A stretch of 60,674 nucleotides of DNA, counting the filler, from Sanchytrium tribonematis (lineage: Eukaryota), in NCBI GenBank assembly GCA_018985235.1. It is 4 parts of 4 records of this genome, joined end to end, with 100 filler letters (N's around TTAATTAATTAA, not from the genome) between each part and the next. Parts side by side here need not be neighbours in the genome. Positions count along the whole stretch, not along the records: positions 15,259 to 30,366 come from JADGIG010000156.1; positions 30,467 to 45,531 come from JADGIG010000157.1; 2 more parts are not named here. One strand, 5' to 3'. The position numbers were made by a program, and so were the translations under genes. The first letter of the stretch is position 1. Each line of letters opens with the position of its first letter. The notes below the pieces were generated by a model, which saw only the letters and a program-made list of their open reading frames with translations, was not told the DNA's origin and did not search any database. Below, piece after piece: positions 19,771 to 30,577 of this stretch.

Positions 19771-20247
19771 TTATTCAATATCATTGACATATGCCCATTC
19801 ACGTAAATCGCAATAAAACAAAATGGAGAAACAAGCTGCAATGATTTTTTCTTCCCAAAAATGAAAATTAATTAATGTCCAAACCAGCACAATCGACCAT
19901 AAAAATAAGAATACATTGGCAACAACATGTGCTTTTTTAGTATGTGTCATACTTGCGTAACCCAATAACGTAATGTAAACATGCCCACTTATATCGATAC
20001 TAGTGAGATTCATAAAAAGATCGGTAGCATAGTATATGAATGTGTAGAATGCGGTGTAATAAAGATATATTTTTGCATTTCCAAATATCAGATGTATGAT
20101 GGAAACATAGTACCACGTTAACTTAACAGTATAAACATTCATCATTTTCATCCATATCGGGGTATTGTATGTGATTTTGTTCAGGGACAACAAACAGATA
20201 ACGAGAAGGATTAGAGTAAAAATATTGTGGAATTGATTGTCAAACAT
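19771..20247 (-). CDS. FIT-family (FIT2/Scs3/Yft2) membrane protein, minimal size
   Basis: NVYTVKLTW, DISGHVY and T.INFHFWEEK correspond to the FIT motifs NVYFVK..W, DISGH and YFHT..EK. Confidence 0.7.
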   Translation of the reverse strand: MFDNQFHNIFTLILLVICLLSLNKITYNTPIWMKMMNVYTVKLTWYYVSIIHLIFGNAKIYLYYTAFYTFIYYATDLFMNLTSIDISGHVYITLLGYASMTHTKKAHVVANVFLFLWSIVLVWTLINFHFWEEKIIAACFSILFYCDLREWAYVNDIE

Positions 20248-20256
20248 TGGGAGAAA

Positions 20257-21106
20257 ATGTTCACCAAATATTTGGATTACCTACATTATTGGATCTATAA
20301 CAGAGATATCTCAAAATTTCAATTTAATGAAACAATTGCACTAGGATCTACTTCTAGCGGAATTACTATATGCATTTTATATTTGACGACGTTGTATGTG
20401 CTAAATTTGAGAAAAGCTCCGTTGAATATTCCAACTTGGATCCCGGCATTGCATAATTTGTTATTGACAGCCTTAAGCGCTGTTTTGTTTCTTTGGATGT
20501 CCGAAAACGCGGCGTACTTTCTCTTTAAAAAGGGCTTATTATTTAGTGTTTGTGCGGAGGAATCATATTCCCCAAGGGTTGAATTCATAATGTATCTTAA
20601 CTACCTGACCAAGTATTATGAATTAGTTGACACCCTGTTCTTGGTTTTGAAGAAAAAAAAGTTAGAGTTCCTCCATGTTTATCATCATAGTAGAAAATTT
20701 TAATTTAGGTATGACTTTACTACTTTGTTTGTTTGAACTTCAAGGTCGGCCTCCTGTATCCTGGGTTATAGTGTACCTAAATCTTGCTGTTCATGTCGTA
20801 ATGTACTTTTATTACTTTTTGGCAGCGCTTAAAATTAAGGTCTGGTGGAAAATGGCAGTGACAATACTTCAAATTGTACAGTTTGTAATCGATTTAATGT
20901 TTGTGTACGGTTGCTCTTCCATTTTGATTTTACAATATTTCCATTTAACTGACATTCAATGCGCAGGGACAACCTTTGCGGCGGTTTTTGGTTGTTCATT
21001 ATTAACAAGCTATTTATTCTTATTTGTTTTGTTCTTTGGAAAAACTTACAAGAGTAAAAAAGAAACTAGCACTGGCAAAAGCAATAAAACAAAGAAGAAT
21101 AAATAA
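20257..21106 (+). CDS. Fatty-acid elongase (ELO/GNS1-SUR4 family), 2 exons: 20257-20689 and 20709-21106
   Basis: YLNYLTKYYELVDT, FLHVYHH, NLAVHVVMYFYY, TILQIVQF and a C-terminal dilysine ER motif. Confidence 0.92.
20690..20708 (+). other. 19-nt intron GTAGAAAATTTTAATTTAG (phase 1)
   Basis: Removal gives HVYHH-S-MTLLLC in frame. Confidence 0.92.
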
Positions 21107-21114
21107 AATTGAAT

Positions 21115-21486
21115 TCATTCTGCGTCTTTTGGAGTCAATTGAACAGAAACTAAATATGGGCTATCTTTCTTACTTGAGCTTTTAAAATACGATTTCAAGG
21201 TATCTAATGATTTCTCAATAATACGAATTTTTGCATCATTATCGCGGATCCACCCAACGTTTTGATTCGGAGGCTCATTTTTTTCTTTTGAAATTCGTTC
21301 CCATCTTCTTTTGTGTTTTGTATCGAAGTGTTCAAAGTTAATTTGAACTATAAGGCCCTTTTCTAAAAACCGCTTCGACTGATTGAGTTTTATATTCAAA
21401 TCATGTTCCCCAATTTGCGATTTAATTACAAGAGTTTTAACCTTGGTAGCAGTTTTGACAATTCTTCGAAAAAAGAAATGTATCAT
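21115..21486 (-). CDS. Mitochondrial translation initiation factor IF3-like protein (C-terminal domain only)
   Basis: Short transit-like N-terminus, then KTLVIKSQIGEHDLNIKLNQSKRFLEKGLIVQI. Confidence 0.7.
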   Translation of the reverse strand: MIHFFFRRIVKTATKVKTLVIKSQIGEHDLNIKLNQSKRFLEKGLIVQINFEHFDTKHKRRWERISKEKNEPPNQNVGWIRDNDAKIRIIEKSLDTLKSYFKSSSKKDSPYLVSVQLTPKDAE

Positions 21487-21491
21487 CCTGT

Positions 21492-22491
21492 TTATTGTGG
21501 AAAGTGTTTTAATGCATATTTGACTGTACCAATTATTGCGCCTAATTGAACACGGTCAGTTGATCCTTGCCCGATATTACCCTCAATTTTACCAAAACTT
21601 TCTAAGATGTAGGATTTCTGTGAGTAGTCCATTTTTTCTAGTAAAAATCTATCGAAAAGCCTCTGAAAAACACCTAGGAGCAGGTAACCTCTTGACTTCA
21701 TTAAAGAATGGACATCTAAATAAGTTGTTATTACGAGAATACGCGGATGTGAAGTCTTTGGTTATAATGTTTAAGTAAATTTCTTCAAGATGGTCCTCAT
21801 TTGGCAGTCCCATCATCTCATAAACATCTTCTACTGCTATGAATTTATCTCTGATGCACAGTCCTTGTAAAACATTTAAGATACACCGCATATCGCCCTG
21901 GCTTACTTTTATAAGTGCATCGGTGGCATCATTAGCAATACTTATTTTCTCATTCACGCAAACTTCTTTAAGCTTTTGTTTTATGTCTGTGCTCTCTAGT
22001 GGCATAAAGCGGAATCTGGTACATCTACTTTGTAAAGCGGGAATTATTTTGGAGGAGAAATTGCAAATCAAAATAAAACGAACATTTGATGTATATTGCT
22101 CAATAATACGCCTCAGAGCTCCTTGAGCCACCTGAGTTAAATGATCAGCTTCGTCCAAAATGATCAATTTATAAGGCTTTCCAAAAGCTTTAGTTCCACT
22201 AAATTCTTTAATTCTTTCACGAACAACATCTATACCACGATCATCACTAGCATTCAATTCTAGTACGTAAGGTGCCATATTATTGCCGTATATTCTGCGA
22301 GCGATGTTGATGGCCATTGTAGACTACATGAATTATATAACTACCTTTCCTGTACCAGCTGTACCGTAAAACAAAAGATGAGGCAGGCTATTTTTGGAAA
22401 GGAATCTTTGGATTGTCGCCAATATGTCATCTTGGGAAATAATGGTGTCCAAGGAAGTTGGACGGTATTTCTCGACAAATGGTAAACTCAT
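21492..22491 (-). CDS. Replication factor C small subunit (yeast Rfc3/human RFC5-like), 3 exons: 22491-22345, 22323-21735, 21715-21492
   Basis: PFVEKYRP, PHLLFYGTAGTGK|ST, LELNASDDRGIDVVR, LDEAD, AQGALRR and SRC. Exon 1 is missing from the ORF track. Confidence 0.92.
21716..21734 (-). other. 19-nt intron GTAATAACAACTTATTTAG (phase 1)
   Basis: Joins KDFTSAYS-H-VHSLMKSRGY to the RFC C-terminal domain. Confidence 0.85.
22324..22344 (-). other. 21-nt intron GTAGTTATATAATTCATGTAG (phase 0, contains an in-frame TAA)
   Basis: Splits the Walker A motif GTGK|ST; removal restores it. Confidence 0.92.
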
Positions 22492-22506
22492 ACAAGAACG
22501 GAGAAA

Positions 22507-24523
22507 TTAAGCAACATATTTATATAAATTCATATCCGATGTATCACGCACTAAGTAATCTCTTTCAATCAAGTTGTTTATACGAGTTTTGAATAGCGTA
22601 TTGTCTAGTGGAAACTTTAAGTCTAGAATTGTTTGATTAAACAGGTCATCATGGGAAATACATTTCCTGGATTTCATTAGGCGGACGATAACAGCTTCCA
22701 CTTGATGTTGTCGATCTTGAAAAACCTTGGCTTTAGTCTCTGCATCCTCTTTAACAGTCTCTTTCAGAGCCATATTCGCTAACGAAATCCTGACTAGTTT
22801 ATGCGTAAAATTTAAATTTAAGCTATAAACCTCGGTAGAATCATACATAGGAGGCTATATAAAATGGAAATACGTTATTTGAGGATAGCAATATCTGGAC
22901 TTTTGAATTTAGTAAACTAGAAAGAGTGCTGCAAAGATCGAAATGTTCCATTTCCAGCTCAATCTGAAGACTCTCGAACGAGGCACTTTGGCGATTTCCA
23001 ATAATTATTAGCACGGAAGCCTGTAACGTATTGCATATTAATTCCTTCTTACCAAGTGGGAACTCGCTGGACAAGACACAGCGTGATAAAAGAGGAACTA
23101 AATGTAGTGCTTTTCGCTTGTTTCTATCAGTATAAAAATCGGTAAATCTTCTGTAAGTATCTGACAACGGTTCTGGTAGATTGATTTTACTTTGAGGATA
23201 TGTAGGCCACTTGGAAGAAGTTAAAATTTGACAGCTAAAATCAAACTCAGCAATATGCTTGGCTCTTCCAAGGGCTAGAAAAGATGCTGATTCTTCTATG
23301 CTGGTAGAGATATCCTTAAACATTTCTGAAAGAGGATCTGATCCAATTTCCTCTTTTACATAATTCACAATAATTCTTTCATAATCTACACTTACGCTTT
23401 TTTGAAGCAGCAATCTTCGGGCTAGAGACACTTTATAGAAAGCTATGTATATATCCTTTTCGGATATGCATCTAAAAAATAAAATGGTTTTTTTCGCAAA
23501 ACTTTCAAAAGTTGTTTTATCTAATAAAAGTGGGTGCTGACCTCTCATTACTGCGTCAACGTACTTGACAAGAAGTTCAGAAACTGGTTTACCATTTCTC
23601 TGTCTATTTACGTAAATTTCAAGCCCCTTTTTGTAATGTGGGATCCAATTGATGTTTTTTGGTAAAATTTTTTGACATTTTGAAATTAGATCCATCCATT
23701 GGAAAATGACTTGATTATCCAATAAGTCTACAATTATTGAGGATTGCGCCTTGATATAATTTTCAAGTATCTTACCAAATTTGGGGAAAATTTTTGACTC
23801 ATCAATCAATAGAAATAGAAATTCACGTTGACTCTCTTGCAATCGAAATAAATCATTAAAGTGGCTTTCAATAAAATTGAGTCTCTGCTCAAATAGACAT
23901 TCTCTTAATAAGTTTCTGACCTCGCACTTAATGTCGTGATAAAATTCAATTGCAACTTTCTCTTCTATTTCAAATGATTTTTGAATGCATTCTAAAAACT
24001 CTTTAATTGAATAGGGATTAGACTGATTAATGTATATGTTGTGTAAATTTGCCAAAACATGATTATTAAAAGATACTGTTAGTCTTAATTTTCCAAACAT
24101 GCGAACAGATTCTAACGACTTATTATCGACAAAATACTCGATTATAGGATTGGGCAAAATATTTCTATATATCATTATTAATTCCGTATAAATATTTCGT
24201 TGCTTACTATTCATATAGGCTAAACAAGTCGAAATTACCTTGACTTTTTCTTCATATTTAGCAAAACTCTGACAATTTTTAGCGTTTAATGTTTGCACAT
24301 AATTTGAGCATTGGACAAATGTCCAATTATAGAGCTCGTCTTCTTTGTGAAATAAAACAAGCTCTTTGACCAAAAGATATGATTCATGGCCATTGTACCC
24401 TATATTTTTAATAATATTAGATATAGATTCTTTCACCTTTTCCAGTGAGTCCTCTACATAGTTGCTGTCAACTTCTGGCATGGCAGTAAAATTGATTTTA
24501 ATCTGTTTTCTTTTACTTAGCAT
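22507..24523 (-). CDS. Cullin, CUL4-like, 2 exons: 24523-22874 and 22854-22507
   Basis: KDIY.AFYK.SLARRLLLQKSVSVDYE, neddylation domain DRQHQVEAVIVRLMKSRK, LKFP, and LIERDYLVRD..YKYVA. Confidence 0.88.
22855..22873 (-). other. 19-nt intron GTATTTCCATTTTATATAG (phase 0)
   Basis: Joins the cullin body to the neddylation domain in frame. Confidence 0.9.
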
Positions 24524-24549
24524 CTCCACTCGCAAAACACAGGAGTAAG

Positions 24550-25509
24550 ATGGAATTTGCTTTCAATCCAGGTTTTTTGGAGTCCAAAATCAAGCTTGAA
24601 GGTAGAGAGCGTATTATTCTCCAGGCGGATAACGTTGGCTTATATAATCAAGAAGAAAGACTCTATGATCATGACAAGGGAACAATTTGTTTAAGTAATT
24701 TTTGTATCTATTGGCAAAATGAAGTCAAATGTATTGCGTTCTACTTAGAACAGATAACCCACGTTGATTATTCGCCAAATTTGTTCCTGAGGCATGCAAA
24801 AATCAAAATTTATTTCGGAGATAGATTTTTACAATTATCTTTCAGGGGTGCTAAGGAAGATGGGGTCATCATGTTTGGCGAATTAAAAATAGCACTAAAC
24901 AAAAGGGAATGGGCCCTTTTAGGTGGTTTACAATTTATATTGATTACTAAAAAAGCCACCTTTGATAATGCAAAAGATTTAATGAACGATGCACTATCTG
25001 GAATTGATTTGCTGCAAGAGAAAGCAGATAAATTGCTTGAGCTTTTCAAAGATCGTCCTCATTTTTTCGATACGTCGCAAAGAACGGATAATTTAGATTC
25101 AAAAATTCAAATATTAATTAAAAAGTCACTTAAATCTTCGCAGATCGTTCCACTAATTGATCTGTATTATGCCATAAATCGTTCAGATCAATATAATATG
25201 ACTTCCCCAAAAGAATTTTTAGAAAGCATTTTGTTTTTGCAGTCAAAAAATGAATTGGTTTTCAGAAGGCTTGAAGGGAGCGGTATGGTACAGTCGATAG
25301 ATTTTACTGACGATATGTTTAGCGCGACTGTAATCTCTCTTTTGGAGAAGCATGAGAGTGTTGATGCTCATCTCGTTGCAACTATAATTAATCTTGACTT
25401 GGCATCGACTTTTCAAATGATGGATTATATTTGCGCCTCTTATCAAAAAATTGTCAAAGATGAGAATATCGAAAATTGTAGGTTTTTTTTAAACTCCGAA
25501 TTTATTTGA
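24550..25509 (+). CDS. VPS36: ESCRT-II subunit Vps36 (GLUE domain plus winged helices)
   Basis: QADNVGLYNQ..G...LSNFCIYW, LQLSFRG, LIDLYYAINR, SPKE and a C-terminal DE..E..RFF.N.F. Confidence 0.75.
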   Translation: MEFAFNPGFLESKIKLEGRERIILQADNVGLYNQEERLYDHDKGTICLSNFCIYWQNEVKCIAFYLEQITHVDYSPNLFLRHAKIKIYFGDRFLQLSFRGAKEDGVIMFGELKIALNKREWALLGGLQFILITKKATFDNAKDLMNDALSGIDLLQEKADKLLELFKDRPHFFDTSQRTDNLDSKIQILIKKSLKSSQIVPLIDLYYAINRSDQYNMTSPKEFLESILFLQSKNELVFRRLEGSGMVQSIDFTDDMFSATVISLLEKHESVDAHLVATIINLDLASTFQMMDYICASYQKIVKDENIENCRFFLNSEFI

Positions 25510-25518
25510 TGACGAATG

Positions 25519-28500
25519 CTACGACAAAACGAACGAACCTCGTTTTGTATTTTCGAGCTCATAACCTTCATAAAGTCTTCGATAATAATCGAGACCCCTC
25601 ATCCACATGTTTTTTTCCTCTATTGTATTAGTAAAAAAGTATAAAGTATTTGCATTTTGAAGGTTTTTGACATCGTGACAGGTCAAAGAAACTAGTTTCT
25701 GACATTCTGGATGGACGATCATGCGACATGGTTCGCATTGGCTGATCTGGACCGGATTTCCAGAGATGAGTTCCAAACAAAGCTCGCAAATTACCTCTTG
25801 TTTTATGTAACCTTCTTTGAAGTAGTGTCCATTTTCTGGAATTTTAGCAGAATCTAATTCCTGAATGGAAGCTAATACATTATCATTCTAAATTATCATT
25901 ATCTACCTCTTTTTTCCATTTTTCCAGTTCCAGCCTCAAGTGAGCCAGTCTTTTTAAAGAGTTTTGCAATTCTTTGTTAAGATCATCGCCAGATTTCTTC
26001 CAAAAATTGGCGTTCGTCATTTTTTTGACGCCTTGTATGAATTGCTCTTCCCTTTCAATTGCTTTTTCTACTTTTTCTATATAGGATACATGTTGGCTAG
26101 TTTTTTCCTCGATTTCTGCATCAGGATCTTTTTCTAAAATCGCCGATATTTCTTGGTGGAGATTCTGAATTAATTCTCTAGCTTTCTCAAGCTCCCCCAA
26201 GACAGCTGGCCTTGCACCTTCTGCTGCAAATTTTAGGTATTTTTCTGCAGCTAACTGCATTCTTTCTTCTGCAGCCAATCGTCTCTTCAATTGTAGCAAT
26301 TTTTGACCGCTATTTAATTTTCCCGGAGCAAGGTTAGCGATGCTATCTTTTTGCGTTGCAACACCAGGAAGCTTCATAAATTGTATCTTGAGTCCCACTT
26401 CAAATTCCTTTTGAGAAATTCCGCCAAGGTCATGGTAGTTAACATGCCCAACAACAAAGATTTCAGATTTCATATCAGACAAAACCATTCCTTTGCCTTC
26501 ATCATTAAGATCCTTTTCCCTTTCGTACCCCCAAATCTGAAAGTCCTTAAGCACCAAAAACTTTTTCTTAAGTCCCTTGTTGATCTTTTCGGCTTTAGGA
26601 CAATGAACCCATCCTCTTAGAAACAATTCGCCTTTGGGATCAACTGTTATGCTAGCAGAGACAGTCAATTTTTTCTTTGGCTTTGTTACTAGCGGAGATT
26701 TAATTGCACTCTGAATCTCATAGCTAGATCTTCTCCGCTCGTTGTTTCTGGGATTCAATCTTGTAGGTTGTTCTTCCGCCATCATGAAGAGCTGATTAAC
26801 ATCATTATCTTGCGATTCCGTAAATTTTTGATTCATAATTGAATTGGAGTCCTGAGAAGTTTTGCCTTCCAATTCTTTTATTCTTTTATTAGCTTGTTCA
26901 AGTTGTTGCAAGAGCTCTCTTATTTCTCCTCTTTCCCTCTTCCCAGATGTAATTGTTTTATCTTTGGATGTTTTATTTTCTTTCTCTAAAGCTGATAATC
27001 TTAGAAAAAGTCCTTCCTGCTCGGAATACATCGCGTCAGCCCTTCGTTTTTCAGCATCTCTCGCATGGATTAGCTCTATAATTCGCTTTTCATTGTTTTC
27101 AAAATCTGATTTTATTTTCAAAAAATCAGCGTTCACAATTTTGAGGTCTTCTGATAATTTCGAAATTTCAGAGTCTTGAAATCTCACAAATTCGTCTTTT
27201 GATTTAACTACTCTATTTAAATCTTCTATGTTATTTTCTAGCTCAAAGTTTTGAGTGTCTTTTTCGGCCAGTTTTGCTTTGATTATCAAAATTTCTTTAT
27301 CCTTGGATCTCAGTCTCTCCTCAAACTCATGTCTTATTTTTGTTTCGTTATTGGTGTTATGTTTCAATGAATGAATTTCCTTTTGTAAAATGTTTTTTTC
27401 CGATTTTAGCGTTTCTAAGAATTGTGCTAGCTCATCTCTATCCTTAGATATTTTTTCAAGTCTTTCATTCAGCTCTTTGTACAAAAATTCCTTCATCGAA
27501 AAGTCATTTTGCACCATTATTAAGTTCTGACGTTCATCCTTTAATGCTGCTTCTTTTTCTATTATTAATTTTTCCAAATCTAGTCTTATAGATTGCTGGG
27601 CCTTCAATTTGTCTTCCAGCATTCTAATGTCGGCTTGAAGTCCACTCTTTTGTGACTCTGACTTTGATAATAGACGCACCATAGCTTCCTTTTCGTCCTC
27701 GCTTGATCTTAACTTTTCAGCAAGGCTGTCTATTTTGCTTCTAAAATGTTGGTCCTCGTTTTCTACTTTTTGAGAATTTTTGTCTTCAGATGCCTTTTGA
27801 GTCAATAATTGCATTATTTGATCTTCAAGGCTTTTGTTTTTTGCCTTGAATTCTTCCAACTTTAAAACTTGGTTTCTGGACTCGTGTTCAACCATCGCTA
27901 ATTTCTTTTCTAATTCAAATTTCGAGCCGAGAAGATTTTCCAATTCGATTGTTTTCTTTTCAAACGATTCTCTGAGACTTTTGTTTTCGTCCGATTGAGA
28001 AAGGTTGAGAGTCTCAACTGTTAAAATTTTTTGCTCTAATTCCGCTGTAAGCTTAGAAGAATTAAAAAACTTTGTATTTAATTCGGAAAGTTCAGTCAGC
28101 AATTTGTCTTTTATCTGGACTTCCTCTGAAAGTCTAAATCTCAACTTTTCGAATTCTCCATTAGAATCTGAGCTTTCAGACATTACCTTTAAAATCTTTT
28201 TGCGCTCGTCATCCAATTCTAAATCTCTTTGTTTTAAAACGAGTTCCAGACTGTCTAATTGAATTTTAGTTGTCTCATATGATCTATTCGCTTCTCTGAA
28301 TTTATTTTCGACATCGTCCTTCTCCGCTTTAAGAGATTTGATGATTTTCTCCAGCTCCGCAATTTTAACGTGATTTCTGTCTAAAAAAGCAACCATATCT
28401 TTGAGTTCTTTTCTTGATTCCTTTAGCGACTTGTCAAGTTTCTCTTTTTCTGCAATGATATCCTGCAAATCTTTAGAAGACTTTTGAGCCTTTTCGACTT

Positions 28501-29867
28501 CCTTTTTCAAATTTGAAATTTCTGAAGAAATTTGCGCATTTAATAACTGCAGTTCTGTAATCTCTTGATTTTTTGACTCTAATTCCTTATTATTGCCATT
28601 ATGTCTTGGCAAATCCGGCAATCCAAGAGTTATCCGGGAGTCATTAAGCATGTTTCCACGATTGAAATAGAAACCGATGAAAGGTAGTTGAATCCCAACT
28701 TGGGGCTTACCTCTTTGAAGGTCTTGTCCTAGAATTTCATCGTCAAACTCAGGAAAGTTGGATGTGTCATCTTCTGATTCTAAATTTGGTATGAACGGTG
28801 GCTTCATATTGCGAATATTTTTAAAGTCCAATTTCCTAAAAAAAGGATGCTTCCTTATCTCTTCTGCACCGTTTCTTCCTAATCGTTTCTCTGCAGGAAG
28901 CAATAGCTTAAACAATAGATCTTTTAATTCTGTTGAGAGAGTAACATCCTCTGGCCATTGTAATGAATTTGGAGAGCTCATAATTCTACCATATGTGGTG
29001 CTTAAATTTTCTGCGTAAAAAGGAGGGTCTCCGCAAACAATTTCATACAGGATTGTACCGAAAGACCACCAATCGCACTCCTTACCGTATGATGTATTAC
29101 CATCCTGAGCTTTCAATATTTCCGGGCAAATGTAATCAGGAGTCCCAACTGATATCTTTGAACGACACTTGCCATCGGAATCGAGTTGAATGGCCGCCCC
29201 AAAATCCGCCAATTTGATATGCCCATTTTTTTTAATTAGAATATTGTGTGGTTTAAGATCTCTATGTATAAAGTTCATGTTGTGCAATTCTTCTAAAGCA
29301 AGTAAAATTTCAGCGCCGTAAAATCTGGCAACATCTTCTGTATTCATATTCTGAAAAGCTTCATTTTCCAATAAATTTATAAGGTCTCCTCCAGGAATAT
29401 ATTCCATAACTAGGTATAAATTTCCCGCATCTTGAAATGCTGCCATTAAAGTTGTAATCCATTCACATTCTTTTCCTTTTGCCATGACATTTCTTTCTTC
29501 AAAATAAAATACGTTTTCCTGTCTTAAGACTATTTGCTTATTGAGTGTTTTCAAAGCATACAATTGCTTGTCAACTTTAGATCTTATAAGGGAAACTGTT
29601 CCAAAAGCTCCTTGAGCTAAAATTTTGATAAATTCATAATCTTGCAAACCAACTCGAAGCTCTTGTATTCTTTTAACCGCAGGTCCAACTAAATTAGTAT
29701 ATTATACATTTTTGAACAAATTTTTGAGTGTGGTCTGATTTAATATGCTGAAAGTCTTCATATAAGGCTGTTAACGCGTCAATTAAAGCTTCAAGGTGAA
29801 TTGGAGGATCTTGCAATGGATTGTCTTCATAAATTTGTTTCTTTATGGTTTCTATTCGTGTTTCCAT
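25519..29867 (-). CDS. ROCK/MRCK/citron (DMPK-family) Ser/Thr kinase with a long coiled coil, PH, HR1-like segments and C1 domain; 3 exons: 29867-29708, 29688-25907, 25887-25519
   Basis: N-terminal LEALIDALTALY cap, GAFGTV, FEERNVM, HRDLKP, SVGTPDYICPEILKAQ, ECDWWS and QLPFIGF. After splicing there is a complete C1 domain H..CELC..C..C...HPEC..C. Confidence 0.9.
25888..25906 (-). other. 19-nt intron GTAGATAATGATAATTTAG (phase 0)
   Basis: Joins the kinase ORF to the C1-domain exon in frame. Confidence 0.88.
29689..29707 (-). other. 19-nt intron GTATAATATACTAATTTAG (phase 1)
   Basis: Joins the ATG-bearing exon (METRIETIKK...QKFVQK) to F-GPAVKRIQELRVGLQDYEF. The kinase ORF otherwise lacks an ATG upstream of subdomain I. 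Confidence 0.9.
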
Positions 29868-29928
29868 TCAATGATGATTTGTGGCTTGAGAGTTTTAGTG
29901 CCAAGATTTTATCAAAATTCCAACAAAT

Positions 29929-30366
29929 TTACTTAAATATGGTCTCAAGGCTGTGTATAAATGGATCAAAAAGAGCTTCAAATGTGTCATAAATTAAAAA
30001 TGAAATGCTTAGTCTTTCAAAACTAAGAAGTTCCGTATCACTACTTGACTTGATATTAGATGATAGTAGTAAACAATTTTTTATGCTTCTTAAAAAAAAG
30101 TCCCCTCTTTTGAGCAAGGACTCTATATCGGAAGATGTCAAAGATTTTCTTTGCTGCCGGTACGGAGTTAAAAAAGAAGGAAACACAATCGACTTGATAT
30201 TATTTTTGTTGCAAAATGACAAGATTTGTTCAACAGCTTGTATAATCGAGTCTTTGGGTTTCAAATCGTAGTCTGTGTCTTCACAGATTACATGGAAAAC
30301 AATGTGTGTGGTGGGAAGGTTGGAATGAATTGTATAGAAAAAGTCACCTTCGTTAAAATTATTTCG
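29929..30366 (-). CDS. C12orf4/FERRY3 (DUF2362)-like protein, 3' fragment truncated at the contig edge
   Basis: The upstream in-frame translation GDFFYTIHSNLPTTHIVFHV and LLKRGDFFLRSIKNCL resemble C12orf4 motifs. Confidence 0.65.
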   Translation of the reverse strand, partial: RNNFNEGDFFYTIHSNLPTTHIVFHVICEDTDYDLKPKDSIIQAVEQILSFCNKNNIKSIVFPSFLTPYRQQRKSLTSSDIESLLKRGDFFLRSIKNCLLLSSNIKSSSDTELLSFERLSISFLIYDTFEALFDPFIHSLETIFK

Positions 30367-30466
30367 NNNNNNNNNNNNNNNNNNNNNNNNNNNNNNNNNN
30401 NNNNNNNNNNTTAATTAATTAANNNNNNNNNNNNNNNNNNNNNNNNNNNNNNNNNNNNNNNNNNNN
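30367..30466. other. Artificial contig spacer
   Basis: N44-TTAATTAATTAA-N44. Confidence 0.97.
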
Positions 30467-30577
30467 TATAGGCATATAGAGATATTAAATGGATATTATC
30501 ATTATTATAAAGATGGGGCACATGATTTATTTCATAAATATACACAAGAAATGTATTTAAATGAAAAATAAGTAGAT

